Assembly (NCBI GenBank): GCA_963780745.1
Contig: CAWACT010000010.1
Location: forward strand, 196,555 to 260,554
From: an uncultured Actinomycetes bacterium
GTDB taxonomy: Bacteria; Actinomycetota; Acidimicrobiia; Spongiisociales; DATADW01
Length of the DNA stretch: 64,000 nt
Direction of reading: 5' to 3'
Part shown: piece after piece, positions 9,466-19,878 of the stretch
Position numbering within the stretch: the stretch's first letter is position 1
How the letters are laid out: every line of letters begins with the position of its first letter
Program-made: the position numbers and the translations under genes
Notes under the pieces: model-generated
Told to the model about the DNA's origin: nothing
The model's input: only the letters and a program-made list of their open reading frames with translations
Databases searched by the model: none

Positions 9466-11322
9466 TCACCAGGCGCCTCCCCCACCACCGCCACCGCCGC
9501 CGCCGCCGCCCCCACCGCCGGTGAAACCGCCGCCCGAGCCGCTCGACCCCGGCGGGGTGAAGGCGCCCGACAACGAGCTGGACAACCCGCTGAAGGCGTT
9601 CTCGCTGAGCCCACCGCTCATCCCTTGGTGGCCGTACCAGTAGACGGCGCTGCTCTGGTGGAGCTCCTCGGGAGCGTGGAGCCGAGCCGAAGCCAGGACC
9701 TCGTCGGCTATCCCAAAGGCTATGGCGTAAACCAGGAATCGCTCCCAAAGCGCTAGCGAGAGAGAAGGCGCCTCTTCGAGACGTGAGAAGTCGCTGAGGT
9801 AGCGACGGAACGATTCCCACCGCTCGGCCTCGAGCATGCCTTCTGGGGTTCGTTTCACCCACGCCCGGCGAAAGGCGTACATCAAGAAGAAGAGGAGGGC
9901 GTTGACGATGAGGACGACGATGGCGGCGGGGACAAGGATCGACGAAAACCCGCCATCGGAGTTCGCCACCAGCCAGATCAAACCCCCGGCCACAATCGCA
10001 GCACCAATTGCGATCGTCACCGGCACGCCGCGACGAGTCCTGGTGAGGAGACCGCGCTCGACCAGGAGTTGGGGTGTCCCCCGACGGAACTCCTGGTACG
10101 AAGATGCGTTGGCTCTGACGTCGTCCCTGATGCGGTGGCGCAACTCGGTGATCGCAGCCGGGCCGTCGGCGAGGACCCTTTGCATCACGGCCACCACCGG
10201 CTCCTCGACGGGGTCAACTGCGCCCTCGGCGCCGAGGGTCAACTCCAGGTCGGACACCATCTCGGTGCGGAGCCCCATCCACGTCTTGCGCTCCACCTGA
10301 ACCGACCGGGCAGAGATGATGCCCCGGCGGATCAGGTCGAACAGCGTTGCGGTGAACTCGGGCGTCCCCACCACACCCTGGGTGCGGAGGGCGCCGACCA
10401 GGGCGGGGGGAAGCTCGGAGGGGGGCTCCTGCTCATACTCGCGGTCATACGCCACCTTGGGCTCGCGGCCCCACCGCAGGTAGCCGAAGAGCCAGGTGAG
10501 CGGGGCGGGAAGGACGGCCAAGCCGACGAGCCCCATTAACACCAGGCGGGCATTGGCGGCATCACGGCTGGCCTGCTCCGCCGCCCTCTCCTCCTCGGCG
10601 CGGATCTCGGGAAGTCCCTGTCCCTCCCGGACCCGGGCACCTCGGACCGATTCGAGCGCATCCCTGCTGAAGGCCACCCGGAACTCCACCCACTGCCCGG
10701 CGGGCACATCGGAGGCCTCCAGCAGGGGTGAGCGCCCGTCCTCACCGAGCGACGTGGAGCCCTCGACCGATGCCGGGTGCCCCCAGACGAGGACCTGGTC
10801 GGGGGCGCCGGGGACGGTGAGGCGTGCCGTCAGCCGGTCCACCGGCACCTCCCACTCCGACCCCCACACCTGGAGATTGACGTCCACAACGTCGTCCCAT
10901 GCCGTCGCCAGCCCGGTGAACCGATAGGTGATGGTGAAGGTCCGCTGCTCGTCGGCAGCCTGGTAGTGCCAGACCACCCGCAATCGGTCGCCTAGGTCCT
11001 TGGTCCCGAAGGTGTCCGGCGACCCGCTCGAGCCGAGTTCGGCCGACGCTCCGGGTCGGTAGTTCGTTCCCCCCTCGCTCACGCCGACATCGCTCACCGA
11101 CTCACCGCTGCCCAACGGGATCTCTCGGTAAGCGCCGGAGAACGACCCATCGAACGAGAACGTGATCTGCTCCGTCACGATCAGGGAGCCGTCGGGCGAG
11201 ACCTGGATCTCGACGTCGGCCGACGGGAGCTCGAACTCCTGTGCCAGCGCCGGACCCGCCGTCAGCAACAGGGCCGCGGCGACGAGCAACGACCCGATCA
11301 GCCAGCGGCGTGCGGTGCGCAT
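9466..11322 (-). CDS. DUF2207 membrane protein
   Basis: Signal peptide, DGSL.VTE.I, ATLFDLIRRG, W..FRRYL, Gly-rich C-terminus ending GGAW; adjacent to lemA. Confidence 0.9.
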   Translation of the reverse strand: MRTARRWLIGSLLVAAALLLTAGPALAQEFELPSADVEIQVSPDGSLIVTEQITFSFDGSFSGAYREIPLGSGESVSDVGVSEGGTNYRPGASAELGSSGSPDTFGTKDLGDRLRVVWHYQAADEQRTFTITYRFTGLATAWDDVVDVNLQVWGSEWEVPVDRLTARLTVPGAPDQVLVWGHPASVEGSTSLGEDGRSPLLEASDVPAGQWVEFRVAFSRDALESVRGARVREGQGLPEIRAEEERAAEQASRDAANARLVLMGLVGLAVLPAPLTWLFGYLRWGREPKVAYDREYEQEPPSELPPALVGALRTQGVVGTPEFTATLFDLIRRGIISARSVQVERKTWMGLRTEMVSDLELTLGAEGAVDPVEEPVVAVMQRVLADGPAAITELRHRIRDDVRANASSYQEFRRGTPQLLVERGLLTRTRRGVPVTIAIGAAIVAGGLIWLVANSDGGFSSILVPAAIVVLIVNALLFFLMYAFRRAWVKRTPEGMLEAERWESFRRYLSDFSRLEEAPSLSLALWERFLVYAIAFGIADEVLASARLHAPEELHQSSAVYWYGHQGMSGGLSENAFSGLSSSLSGAFTPPGSSGSGGGFTGGGGGGGGGGGGGGGAW

Positions 11323-11332
11323 CTCTGCTTGG

Positions 11333-11887
11333 TCAGAACTGGACTCGGGGTGCCTCGTCGGCTTCTGCTGGAGCCTCGAAGAACGGGCGAACCGAGAATC
11401 CGGTTGTGCCCGCCACGAGGTTGGACGGGATGCTCTGCACCCGTGTGTTGTAGGTCAGGACGCTGTCGTTGTAGATCTGGCGGGATACGGCGATCTTGTC
11501 CTCGGTCTCGGCCAGCTGGGCCTGGAGGGCGGCGAAGTTCTCGCTGGCCCTCAACTCCGGGTAAGCCTCGGCCAGGGCGAAGAGCTGCCGGAGAGCCCCG
11601 GTGAGCACGTTCTCCGCCTCAGCCTGCTCATCGATGGTGCTCGCGCTCACCGCGGCGTTGCGGGCCTCGACGACACGCTCGAAGGTCTCCTGCTCGTGGC
11701 TGGCGTACCCCTTGACCGTCTCGACGAGGTTGGGCACGAGGTCATAGCGCCGCTTCAGTTGGACCTCGACCTGTGCCCATGAGTTGTCAACCCGGTTGCG
11801 ATGCTTGACCAGCGAGTTGTAAGTGAGAACCACCCACAAGATGAGCAGCACCACCACGGCGATGACGATCCAAACCACCGGATCCAC
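11333..11887 (-). CDS. lemA: LemA family protein
   Basis: N-terminal TM, LKRRYDLVPNLVETVKGYA, AEAYPELRA. Confidence 0.94.
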   Translation of the reverse strand: MDPVVWIVIAVVVLLILWVVLTYNSLVKHRNRVDNSWAQVEVQLKRRYDLVPNLVETVKGYASHEQETFERVVEARNAAVSASTIDEQAEAENVLTGALRQLFALAEAYPELRASENFAALQAQLAETEDKIAVSRQIYNDSVLTYNTRVQSIPSNLVAGTTGFSVRPFFEAPAEADEAPRVQF

Positions 11888-11995
11888 CTAGTCACTCCCT
11901 CGACGCAGGGCCGGGAGTGTAGGTCGCAGAGGGGCGCCCTCTCCAGGCCGGGTAGACGGACACCGCCATTGCAGGCGGTTTCAGTCCGAACCTGA

Positions 11996-12150
11996 CTCGA
12001 GCACCGTTGGGAGTTCGGCAGCCCCCCTACCCGCTGCTCCGCAGGGGATCCCTTGCCCCCTCCGGGGGACGGAAAGAAATCCGCAGCGGGTCCCTTCCCC
12101 GCTCCGGGGGGACGGAGCAACCTTCCGACTTCCGTCTTCCGTCTTCCGTC
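11996..12150. repeat. REP-like element family B plus (TTCCGTC)4 tract
   Basis: TCGAGCACCGTTGGGAGTTCG.CAGCCCCCCTACCCGCTGCT... nearly identical to 59375-59487, with an internal partial duplication. Confidence 0.8.
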
Positions 12151-12158
12151 TCCTGGTT

Positions 12159-12896
12159 TCAGCGGACTGCGTCGGGGAGGCTGTTTGTCATCGACCGCCA
12201 GGCCTCGATGACGGCGACGTCTCCCTCGGCGGATAGCGAGCCGGCGGTCCTCCCCACCATGTCGAGATAAAGGTCTGAGGCGGTCCCCGAGACGGTGGCG
12301 CCACCCTCCGCTTCGTCGGCCCGACCCAGAGTCACACTGTCGTCTCCCTGGACGAGCCGCCACGACGCCGACTGATCTGTCGCCGACAGCATCAGCACCG
12401 TTCCCGGCTCGCCCAGCTTGGCCCTTGCGAGACGGAACGCTGGTAGCTGTCCGAACTCGTCGATCGCATCCACCGCCAACTCAGCATCGATCTCACGGGC
12501 CGGTCCGTGAGCCGATTCGGCGTCCCACCTGTGAATCGAGGTCTCCACCGCCATGCGCCGCTGCCACCAACCGACGTTGCACGAGGGGACGAGACCCCAG
12601 ACCTCGAGCTCCTTGTCGGTGACTTCGAAGGCGTCGGCTAGGGCCTCGAGCCCATCGTCGTACCAGGCGAGCACCTCGTCGGGCTCGTCGGTATCGGGGT
12701 AGACCCGGTCCACCGGCTCTTGGGCGCGTTCCTCGACGATGCGGAGGGTCCTCCGGTGGACGCTGCCGATGTGGACCACCAGGTCGGCAACCGACCATCC
12801 CGGGTAACGGGGCACCGGACGCGTGGGGTCGATTCGGGCTGCCCTCCCCAGGGCGCTGCCCTCGGCCCGAATCAGATCGAGGTGTCGTGGGGTCAC
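12159..12896 (-). CDS. Maleylpyruvate isomerase family (mycothiol-dependent, DinB-like) protein
   Basis: [34 protein letters not shown]. Confidence 0.85.
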   Translation of the reverse strand: MTPRHLDLIRAEGSALGRAARIDPTRPVPRYPGWSVADLVVHIGSVHRRTLRIVEERAQEPVDRVYPDTDEPDEVLAWYDDGLEALADAFEVTDKELEVWGLVPSCNVGWWQRRMAVETSIHRWDAESAHGPAREIDAELAVDAIDEFGQLPAFRLARAKLGEPGTVLMLSATDQSASWRLVQGDDSVTLGRADEAEGGATVSGTASDLYLDMVGRTAGSLSAEGDVAVIEAWRSMTNSLPDAVR

Positions 12897-13828
12897 GGAG
12901 CAGATCCGCCCAGCGCCTCGACCATCGCCTCCCCCATCTGTGTGGGCGTGGGGGCCACGGCGATCCCGGCGCTCTCCATGGCGGCGATCTTGTCGGCGGC
13001 GGTGCCCTTGCCGCCGGAGATGATCGCCCCGGCATGTCCCATCCGCCGCCCTGGGGGAGCAGTGGTCCCGGCGATGAAACCCGCCACCGGCTTGTCCATG
13101 TTCTCGGCGACCCAGGCCGCGGCCTCCTCCTCGGCCGTGCCGCCGATCTCACCGATCATGAGCACCCCTTCGGTCGCAGGGTCGTCGTTGAACAATCCGA
13201 GGGCGTCGAGGAAGTTGGTGCCGTTGACCGGGTCGCCGCCGATGCCGATGGCGGTCGTCTGGCCCAGACCGAGCTGGGTGAGCTGCCACACCGCCTCGTA
13301 GGTGAGGGTCCCCGACCGGCTCACCACCCCGATGCGGCCTGGCTGGTGGATGTAGCCGGGCATGATCCCGATCTTGCACTCCTTGGGGGTGATCACCCCA
13401 GGGCAATTGGGACCGACCAGGCGGACCGGCCTCCCCTCGAGGAATCGGCGGACCCTGACCATGTCCTGGACCGGGATGCCCTCCGTGATGCAGACGATCA
13501 GTCCGACATCGCTGTCGGCGGCCTCCATGATGGCGTCGGCGGCGAACGGTGGCGGGACGTAGATCACGCTGGCGTTGGCATTGGTGGCCGCCACCGCCTC
13601 GGCGACGTTGTGGAAGATGGGAAGCTCGACCCGGTATGTATCAGGCCGGCCGGCGACCCCGGAGTGATCGCTTTCACCGGTGAAGCTCTGGGTCTCGCCT
13701 GCCCTGCTGGGGTGGACCGCCCCGACCATCTGCGTGCCGTATGCGATCGCCTTGTCGGTGTGGAACTGGCCGGTCTTTCCCAGCCCCTGGATGATGACCC
13801 TGGTGTCAGAGTCGACCAGGACACTCAT
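12893..13828 (-). CDS. sucD: Succinyl-CoA synthetase alpha subunit
   Basis: [35 protein letters not shown]; ATG 13828 overlaps the sucC stop. Confidence 0.95.
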   Translation of the reverse strand: MSVLVDSDTRVIIQGLGKTGQFHTDKAIAYGTQMVGAVHPSRAGETQSFTGESDHSGVAGRPDTYRVELPIFHNVAEAVAATNANASVIYVPPPFAADAIMEAADSDVGLIVCITEGIPVQDMVRVRRFLEGRPVRLVGPNCPGVITPKECKIGIMPGYIHQPGRIGVVSRSGTLTYEAVWQLTQLGLGQTTAIGIGGDPVNGTNFLDALGLFNDDPATEGVLMIGEIGGTAEEEAAAWVAENMDKPVAGFIAGTTAPPGRRMGHAGAIISGGKGTAADKIAAMESAGIAVAPTPTQMGEAMVEALGGSAP

Positions 13829-15048
13829 GACGCCAGCTCCACGATCTTGCGGGCGCCTTCGAGCATGTCCGAAGCGTTGACCACATCGAGACCGGACTCG
13901 TCGATGATCTGCTTTCCAAGCTCGACGTTGGTCCCTTCGAGACGCACCACCAGGGGCACCTCGAGTCCTACCTGCCGAACCGCCTCGACCACCCCGGTGG
14001 CGATGGTGTCGCAGCGCATGATCCCGCCAAAGATGTTGACGAAGATCCCCCGCACGTTGGGGTCCTTGGTGATGATGCGGAATGCGGCAGCAACCTGCTC
14101 GGCGTCGGCCCCACCGCCGACATCGAGGAAGTTTGCCGGCTGACCGCCGACGTATTTGATGATGTCCATGGTGGACATGGCGAGACCCGCGCCGTTGACC
14201 ATGCAGCCGATGGTCCCGTCCATCTTGACGTAGGACAAACCGTGCGAAGACGCCTCGATCTCGGCAGGGTCCTCCTCGGTGGGGTCGCGCAGCTCGGCGA
14301 GCTCGGGGTGGCGGAACAGTGCGTTGGCGTCGAAGCTCATCTTCCCGTCCAGCGCCATGACCTCGCCGCCAGTCGTGACCACAAGCGGGTTGATCTCGAT
14401 GAGGTCGGTGTCCCATTGGGAGGCCGCCGCAGCCAGGGTGGTGAGGAACCGGTGCCGTTGGCGTAGGCGTCGCCGGTGAGCCCCAACCCATAGGCGATCG
14501 CCCCCGCCTGCCACCCTCCGAGCCCGATCGCCGGGTCGATCGTCTGCCGGATGATCTTCTCCGGTGTGTTCGCCGCCACCTCTTCTATCTCGGTCCCGCC
14601 TTCGGTCGAGGCCATCACGACGTGTCCGGCCAACGGCGCGGTCGAGAACGATCGAGAGGTAGAGCTCGCGGCCGATGTCGATTCCCTGCTCGACATAGAG
14701 ACGGTTTACCTGCTTGCCCTCGGGACCGGTCTGTATCGTGACCAGGGTCGAGCCGAGCATCCGCTCGGCAAGCTCTTCGACCCTCGCCTCCGCCGCCTCG
14801 ACCCCGCCCTCGATCCCATTGGTGACGACGCTCACGCCGCCAACATCGGGGAACTCCTTGAAGGTCCCCTTCCCCCTGCCGCCGGCATGGATCTGGCTCT
14901 TGACCACCACCACGGGGTTGCCGGTCGCCTCCACCAGGGGACGTACCGCGGCGACCGCCTCCTCGGGCGTGGTTGCCACCCGCCCCTCCGGTACCGGGAT
15001 TCCCTTGGCCACCATCAGTTGCTTCGCCTGGTACTCGTGGATCTTCAT
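13825..15048 (-). CDS. sucC: Succinyl-CoA synthetase beta subunit (two compensating frameshifts near 14630 and 14452)
   Basis: [35 protein letters not shown]; the [13 protein letters not shown] segment is in frame of ORF 14337..14696. Confidence 0.93.
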   Translation of the reverse strand: MKIHEYQAKQLMVAKGIPVPEGRVATTPEEAVAAVRPLVEATGNPVVVVKSQIHAGGRGKGTFKEFPDVGGVSVVTNGIEGGVEAAEARVEELAERMLGSTLVTIQTGPEGKQVNRLYVEQGIDIGRELYLSIVLDRAVGRTRRDGLDRRRDRDRRGGGEHTGEDHPADDRPGDRARRVAGGGDRLWVGAHRRRLRQRHRFLTTLAAAASQWDTDLIEINPLVVTTGGEVMALDGKMSFDANALFRHPELAELRDPTEEDPAEIEASSHGLSYVKMDGTIGCMVNGAGLAMSTMDIIKYVGGQPANFLDVGGGADAEQVAAAFRIITKDPNVRGIFVNIFGGIMRCDTIATGVVEAVRQVGLEVPLVVRLEGTNVELGKQIIDESGLDVVNASDMLEGARKIVELAS

Positions 15049-15049
15049 G

Positions 15050-15442
15050 TCACCTCTCGGGCACGTTGGCTTCTATCCAGGCGATGATCTCGCCGAGTGG
15101 CGACCCGGGGGTGAAAACCGCGGCGACACCGCACTCCTGGAGACGGGGGATGTCGGCATCGGGGATGACGCCTCCACCGAACACAACGATATCCGCGGCG
15201 TCGCGCTCGCCAAGCAGCTCGACCACTCGGGGGAACAGCGTCATGTGCGCTCCGGAGAGAGCGGAGAGTCCAACGGCGTCGACGTCCTCTTGGACCGCCG
15301 CCTCTACCACCTGCTCGGGCGTCTGGTGGAGACCGGTGTAGATGACCTCGTACCCGGCATCGCGCAGCGCTCTGGCCACCACCTTCGCCCCCCGGTCATG
15401 CCCATCGAGCCCTGGCTTGGCAATCAGGATCCGGCGCGACAT
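15050..15442 (-). CDS. Stand-alone cobalamin-binding subunit of acyl-CoA mutase
   Basis: [34 protein letters not shown]. Confidence 0.92.
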   Translation of the reverse strand: MSRRILIAKPGLDGHDRGAKVVARALRDAGYEVIYTGLHQTPEQVVEAAVQEDVDAVGLSALSGAHMTLFPRVVELLGERDAADIVVFGGGVIPDADIPRLQECGVAAVFTPGSPLGEIIAWIEANVPER

Positions 15443-15494
15443 TGCTTGGTGAGGGTAGTGGTCGGCACCTTCTTCTCCGTCCCCCCGGTCTGGG

Positions 15495-15630
15495 CTGCCT
15501 CCCCCGGTGAGGGGGAGGGCTAGCGGAGCGAGCGAGGGGGTGACGTGGGGCGAGCTTTGGCGGCAATCACCCTCCCCCCAACCCCCTCGCCTCACCGCGG
15601 AGGGGGAGCCGATCCGCGGCTCCGGGGGAC
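15495..15630. repeat. REP-like palindromic element, family A copy 2
   Basis: CTGCCTCCCCCGGTGAGGGGGAGG...GAGCGAGGGGGTGA...TCACCCTCCCCCC. Confidence 0.75.
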
Positions 15631-15658
15631 CGTACAGAAACCGTCTACTCTTCGGGGC

Positions 15659-16767
15659 GTGACCTCCCCGCTGCATGCCATCGCAGCACTAGGGCAGTCG
15701 ATCTGGAGCGATCAGCTTTCCCGGTCGATGCTCACCAGCGGCGAATTGGCACGCCTCGTCGGTGAAGATGCGGTCACTGGGGTGACATCGAACCCCACGA
15801 TCTTCGCCGGCGCCATCACTGGAAGCGACGACTACGACGACCAGCTCGGCGAGATGGCGAGACGGGGCGCCGACACCGTCGAGATCGTGACGGCGCTGAT
15901 GACCCAGGACATCCAGGCCGGCTGCGATGTGTTGCGACCGGTCTGGAACCGCACTGGCGGTGGCGACGGGTTCGTCTCGGTGGAGGTCTCTCCCGACGTG
16001 GCTAGCGACACCGAGGCGACGATCGCCGAGGCAGCGCGATTGGGTGAAGAAGGTCGATCGCCCCAACCTGTATGTCAAGGTCCCGGCAACCCCGGCCGGG
16101 GTGCCCGCCATCCGCCGACTGACCGGTGAGGGGATCTCGATCAATGTCACCCTCATCTTTTCGCTCGATCGCTACCGCGAGGTCATGGACGCATATCTCA
16201 CCGGGCTCGACGAGTACCGCGCCAGCGGCGGACGCCTCGACGGGATCACATCGGTCGCCTCGTTCTTCGTGTCCCGTTTCGACACCGAGGTCGACCCCCG
16301 TTTGGAGCAGATCGGGACCCCCGAAGCGCTCGAGTTGCGGGGCCAGACGGGGGTGGCCAACGCTCGGGTGGCCTACGGCGACTTCCTCGACACATTCCGC
16401 GGTGATCGCTGGACCGCCCTCTCAAACCGCGGGAGCGCGGGTGCAGCGGCCGCTCTGGGCGAGCACCAGCACCAAGAACCCCGACTACCCCGACACGAAG
16501 TACGTGGACGCATTGGTCCAGAAGGACACCGTGGACACCATGCCACTCGAGACGATCGCCGCGGTGAAGGAGCACGGCAACCCCCACCCCCGGCTCTTCG
16601 GCGATGAGGACATCGCCGAAGCGAGAAGCACGCTGCGGAGCCTGGATGAGGTGGGGATCGAGTACGGCGATGTGGTCCAAAATCTCGAGGACCAGGGAGT
16701 GGAGAAGTTCACCGCCTCGTGGCGCGAGTTGGTCGATGACGTAGACCAGGCTCGGAAATCCGGCTGA
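15659..16767 (+). CDS. tal: Transaldolase (frameshifts near 16035 and 16430)
   Basis: [51 protein letters not shown] spread over three frames. Confidence 0.9.
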
Positions 16768-16770
16768 TCA

Positions 16771-17154
16771 TTGACCGAGCGTCAGATCGTCTCATCCGGG
16801 TCGCCTTACGAGCCTGTGATCGGGTTCAGCCGCGCCCTCCGTGTCGGGAATCGGATCATGGTCTCGGGAACAGCGCCGGTCTGGCCCGACGCGAGCTGTG
16901 ACCCCGACCCGGCCGCTCAGGCGCGTCGCTGCTGGGAGATAATCATCGACGCCTTGGACCAGTGCGGCGCCGGGCCAAGCGACGTAATACGCACCCGCAC
17001 CTACCTCACCGACCCGGCCGACTGGGAAGCCGTGGGGAGGGTTCACGGCGAAGTGATGGGCGATGCCCGCCCGGCGGCGACGATGGTCGCGGTGGCGGCA
17101 TTGCTCGACCCGCGCTGGAAGGTCGAGATCGAGGTCGAAGCGGTGCTCGATTGA
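16771..17154 (+). CDS. RidA family protein
   Basis: IGFSRA.RVG, VSGTA, RPAATMV, VEIEVEA. Confidence 0.9.
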   Translation: MTERQIVSSGSPYEPVIGFSRALRVGNRIMVSGTAPVWPDASCDPDPAAQARRCWEIIIDALDQCGAGPSDVIRTRTYLTDPADWEAVGRVHGEVMGDARPAATMVAVAALLDPRWKVEIEVEAVLD

Positions 17155-17173
17155 GCCCGGTTACCCTGCCGCT

Positions 17174-17437
17174 GTGTTCCTCATTCTCGGTCTCCTCGTC
17201 TTCGGTCTTGCCATCGGTTGGATCGGCCAACTCGTGCTCGGGATGGGCACCAAGCCAAACGCCCAATCGCTCATCGCCGGAGTGGCTGGTTCCTTCGTTG
17301 GCGGGCTGCTCGCCAGCCTGATCGCTGGCGACGGACTGGCTCTCCGTCCCAGCGGGCTCATCGGCTCGGTGATCGGAGCGATCATCGTGCTGTTGATCTG
17401 GAGGGCGGTCAGCCGCTCTCGACCGCGGTCGGACTAG
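17174..17437 (+). CDS. GlsB/YeaQ/YmgE family small membrane protein
   Basis: G..IGWIG, GVAGSFVGG, SVIGAIIVLLIW. Confidence 0.82.
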   Translation: MFLILGLLVFGLAIGWIGQLVLGMGTKPNAQSLIAGVAGSFVGGLLASLIAGDGLALRPSGLIGSVIGAIIVLLIWRAVSRSRPRSD

Positions 17438-19653
17438 GCCTTAACGAGTGGTGCCCAGGCGAGAAGGAGGCGCTTGCGCCCCTCGGTGTCGAATTGCACC
17501 TCCGCTTCGGCCTTGTCTCCCTCACCGGTCAGAGCCCGCACCGTGCCCAGCCCCCATTTGTCGTGGCGGACACGGTCACCTGGGCCAATCTGCTCGGCGC
17601 TCAGCGTCCGGCGTGGGGTGGGGGCAGCGGGGAGGTCCTTTCGATCTCGTTTGGGTAGGTCCTTGACCAGGTTGGCCGGGACCTCGCGCAGGAAACGGCT
17701 CGGCGGGTTGTAGTTGGTGCCCCCCCAAAGGGTGCGGTGCCAGGCGTTGACCAGATAGAGCCGGTCCTCGGCGCGGGTCATGCCCACATAGGCGAGACGC
17801 CTCTCTTCCTCCATCTGGTCGGGGTCACCCAGCGAGCGGACATGCGGGAACACCCCGTCCTCCAGCCCAACAAGGAAGACGACCGGGAACTCGAGACCCT
17901 TTGCGTTGTGCAGGGTCATGAGAGTGACCGACTCCTTGGCGTCCTCGAGGTCGTCGACGTCGGAAACCAATGTGACCGTCTCGAGGAACAGCTCGAGCCG
18001 GCGTGTGCCGGTGAGGTCGTCCCACTCCTCGTCCCCCACCATGGACCCGGCGCCGATCTCCTCGTACTCCTCGGCCACCGAGAGCAGCTCGCGCAGGTTC
18101 TCCACTCGGCCCAACGCCTCGACGGTGCGCTCCTCCTCCAGCTCGCGGAGGAAGCCAGTGTCGTCGAGCACAGCCTGGACGGTCCTTTTTGGCCCCGCCT
18201 CTTCTGCGACGGCAGCCAGCGAGTCGAGGACTGTGAGGAAATCGGCAACCTGGGACCGTGCCCTCGTCGTCAATTGGGTCACCTCACCGGCACGACGCAG
18301 CGCGCCGAGGAAGCCGACTCCCTCGGTCTGGGCGAAGCGCTCGATATGACCGACGGTGGTCGATCCGATCCCTCGCTTTGGCACGTTGATGACCCTCTTC
18401 AGCGCCACCTCGTCGGTCGGGTTGACCACAGCCCGCAGATAGGCGAGGACGTCCTTCACCTCCCGCCGCTCGTAGAAACGGACGCTCCCCACCACCGTGT
18501 AGGGGATGCCACGCCGGACCATGACCTCCTCGAGCACCCGGCTCTGGGCATTGGTGCGATAGAAGACCGCTACCTGGCCGAGCCGGTACCCCACGTCTTC
18601 GAGGTGGTTCAGCTCGTCGGCCACCATCCCCGCCTCGTCGTGCTCGTCCTCAGCCTGGTAGTGGTAGACCGGCTCGCCTTCCCCACGATCGCTCCACAGC
18701 TGCTTCGGCTTGCGTTTGGAGTTGTTGGCGATGACTGCGTTGGCCGCGTCGAGGATGGTCTCGGTGGATCGGTAGTTCTGGTCGAGCACGACCACCCTGG
18801 CGTCGGGGTAGTCCTTCTCGAACTCGAGGATGTTGCGGATGTCGGCGCCGCGGAACCCGTAGACGCTCTGGTCGGAGTCGCCGACGACGCACAGGTTGCG
18901 GTGCTGTTCGGAGAGCATCCGGAGCAGCATGTACTGGGCGTGGTTGGTGTCCTGGTACTCGTCGACCAGTACATGGAGGAAACGGCTCTGGTGCTGGGCG
19001 AGTACATCGGGAAAGGCGCCGAAGAGCTCGACCGTCACCATGATGAGGTCGTCAAAATCCATGGCCGATGCCTCGAGAAGCCGCTGCTGGTAGAGGCGGT
19101 AGACGTCGGCCACCTGCTCGTGGTAGAAGCCGCCCGTCTCGGTGCGGAAGGTCTCGAAGTCGACAAGGCGGTCCTTGGCACTGGAGACCTCGGCGCGGAT
19201 ACGGCGTGGAGGGAACCGCTTGGGGTCGAGGTCGAGGTCGCGCACGCACATCTCGGTGAGCCGGAGCGAGTCGCCCTCGTCGTAGATGGAGAAAGCGGAG
19301 CGGTACCCGAGCCGGTGGGACTCGCGCCGCAGGATGCGGACACATGCCGAGTGGAAGGTGGATACCCACATCGATCGCACCACGCCACCGACGAGCCGCC
19401 CTACCCGCTCCCGCATCTCGTCGGCCGCCTTGTTGGTAAAGGTGATTGCAAGGACGGCGTGGGGTGGGACGTCGAGGTCTCGGATCAGATGGGCTATCCG
19501 ATGGGTGAGCACCCTTGTCTTGCCCGATCCCGCCCCCGCCACCACCAGCAACGGCCCGTCGGTGGCGGCGACGGCCTGACGCTGCCGTGGGTTAAGTCCC
19601 TCGAAGAGCGGAGAGTCGGTGGGTTGCCGATCGAGGCCGGCGGACACTGGCAT
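17434..19653 (-). CDS. pcrA: ATP-dependent DNA helicase PcrA/UvrD
   Basis: AGAGSGKT, VDEYQDTN, QNYRST, TLHNAKGLEF, EERRLAYVGMTRA, C-terminal Tudor-like domain. Confidence 0.96.
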   Translation of the reverse strand: MPVSAGLDRQPTDSPLFEGLNPRQRQAVAATDGPLLVVAGAGSGKTRVLTHRIAHLIRDLDVPPHAVLAITFTNKAADEMRERVGRLVGGVVRSMWVSTFHSACVRILRRESHRLGYRSAFSIYDEGDSLRLTEMCVRDLDLDPKRFPPRRIRAEVSSAKDRLVDFETFRTETGGFYHEQVADVYRLYQQRLLEASAMDFDDLIMVTVELFGAFPDVLAQHQSRFLHVLVDEYQDTNHAQYMLLRMLSEQHRNLCVVGDSDQSVYGFRGADIRNILEFEKDYPDARVVVLDQNYRSTETILDAANAVIANNSKRKPKQLWSDRGEGEPVYHYQAEDEHDEAGMVADELNHLEDVGYRLGQVAVFYRTNAQSRVLEEVMVRRGIPYTVVGSVRFYERREVKDVLAYLRAVVNPTDEVALKRVINVPKRGIGSTTVGHIERFAQTEGVGFLGALRRAGEVTQLTTRARSQVADFLTVLDSLAAVAEEAGPKRTVQAVLDDTGFLRELEEERTVEALGRVENLRELLSVAEEYEEIGAGSMVGDEEWDDLTGTRRLELFLETVTLVSDVDDLEDAKESVTLMTLHNAKGLEFPVVFLVGLEDGVFPHVRSLGDPDQMEEERRLAYVGMTRAEDRLYLVNAWHRTLWGGTNYNPPSRFLREVPANLVKDLPKRDRKDLPAAPTPRRTLSAEQIGPGDRVRHDKWGLGTVRALTGEGDKAEAEVQFDTEGRKRLLLAWAPLVKA

Positions 19654-19732
19654 CAGGAGCGATGGTACCCGAGGTGCGAGCGGAGAACTACAGGGATGGG
19701 ATTACGAGGGCGGAAAGCGAAGCTTTCGCCCG

Positions 19733-19878
19733 TTTTGGGTTCTGAGTTATGGGTTATGGGTTGAAACCCAGAACCCAAGACCCAAGGCTCAGAAATCGCG
19801 GCCCGCCATCCGGTCAGTCCTAGGGTATTGGTGGCGGGTTTAAACCCAGAACCCAGAACTCAAGACCCAGAACCCAGA
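19733..19878. repeat. Heptamer tandem tracts (TTNTGGG)n and inverted (ACCCAGA)n
   Basis: 4 units at 19733-19760, 4 inverted at 19765-19792, 5 inverted at 19844-19878. Confidence 0.8.

Noticed and set aside
9466-9560. GGC/GGT-rich tract as a DNA repeat element
   Set aside because: It encodes the normal Gly-rich C-terminus of DUF2207 proteins
12893-14491. 532-aa extended SucD
   Set aside because: The N-terminal 221 codons overlap sucC in another frame; the real start is ATG 13828
13825-16767. Programmed ribosomal frameshifting in sucC and tal
   Set aside because: No consistent slippery sites; breaks are scattered over many unrelated genes, as expected from sequencing error
17737-19764. Long antisense ORFs (675 aa here; also 37730..39346, 12887..14143 and others)
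   Set aside because: Shadows of high-GC coding genes on the opposite strand with no recognisable motifs
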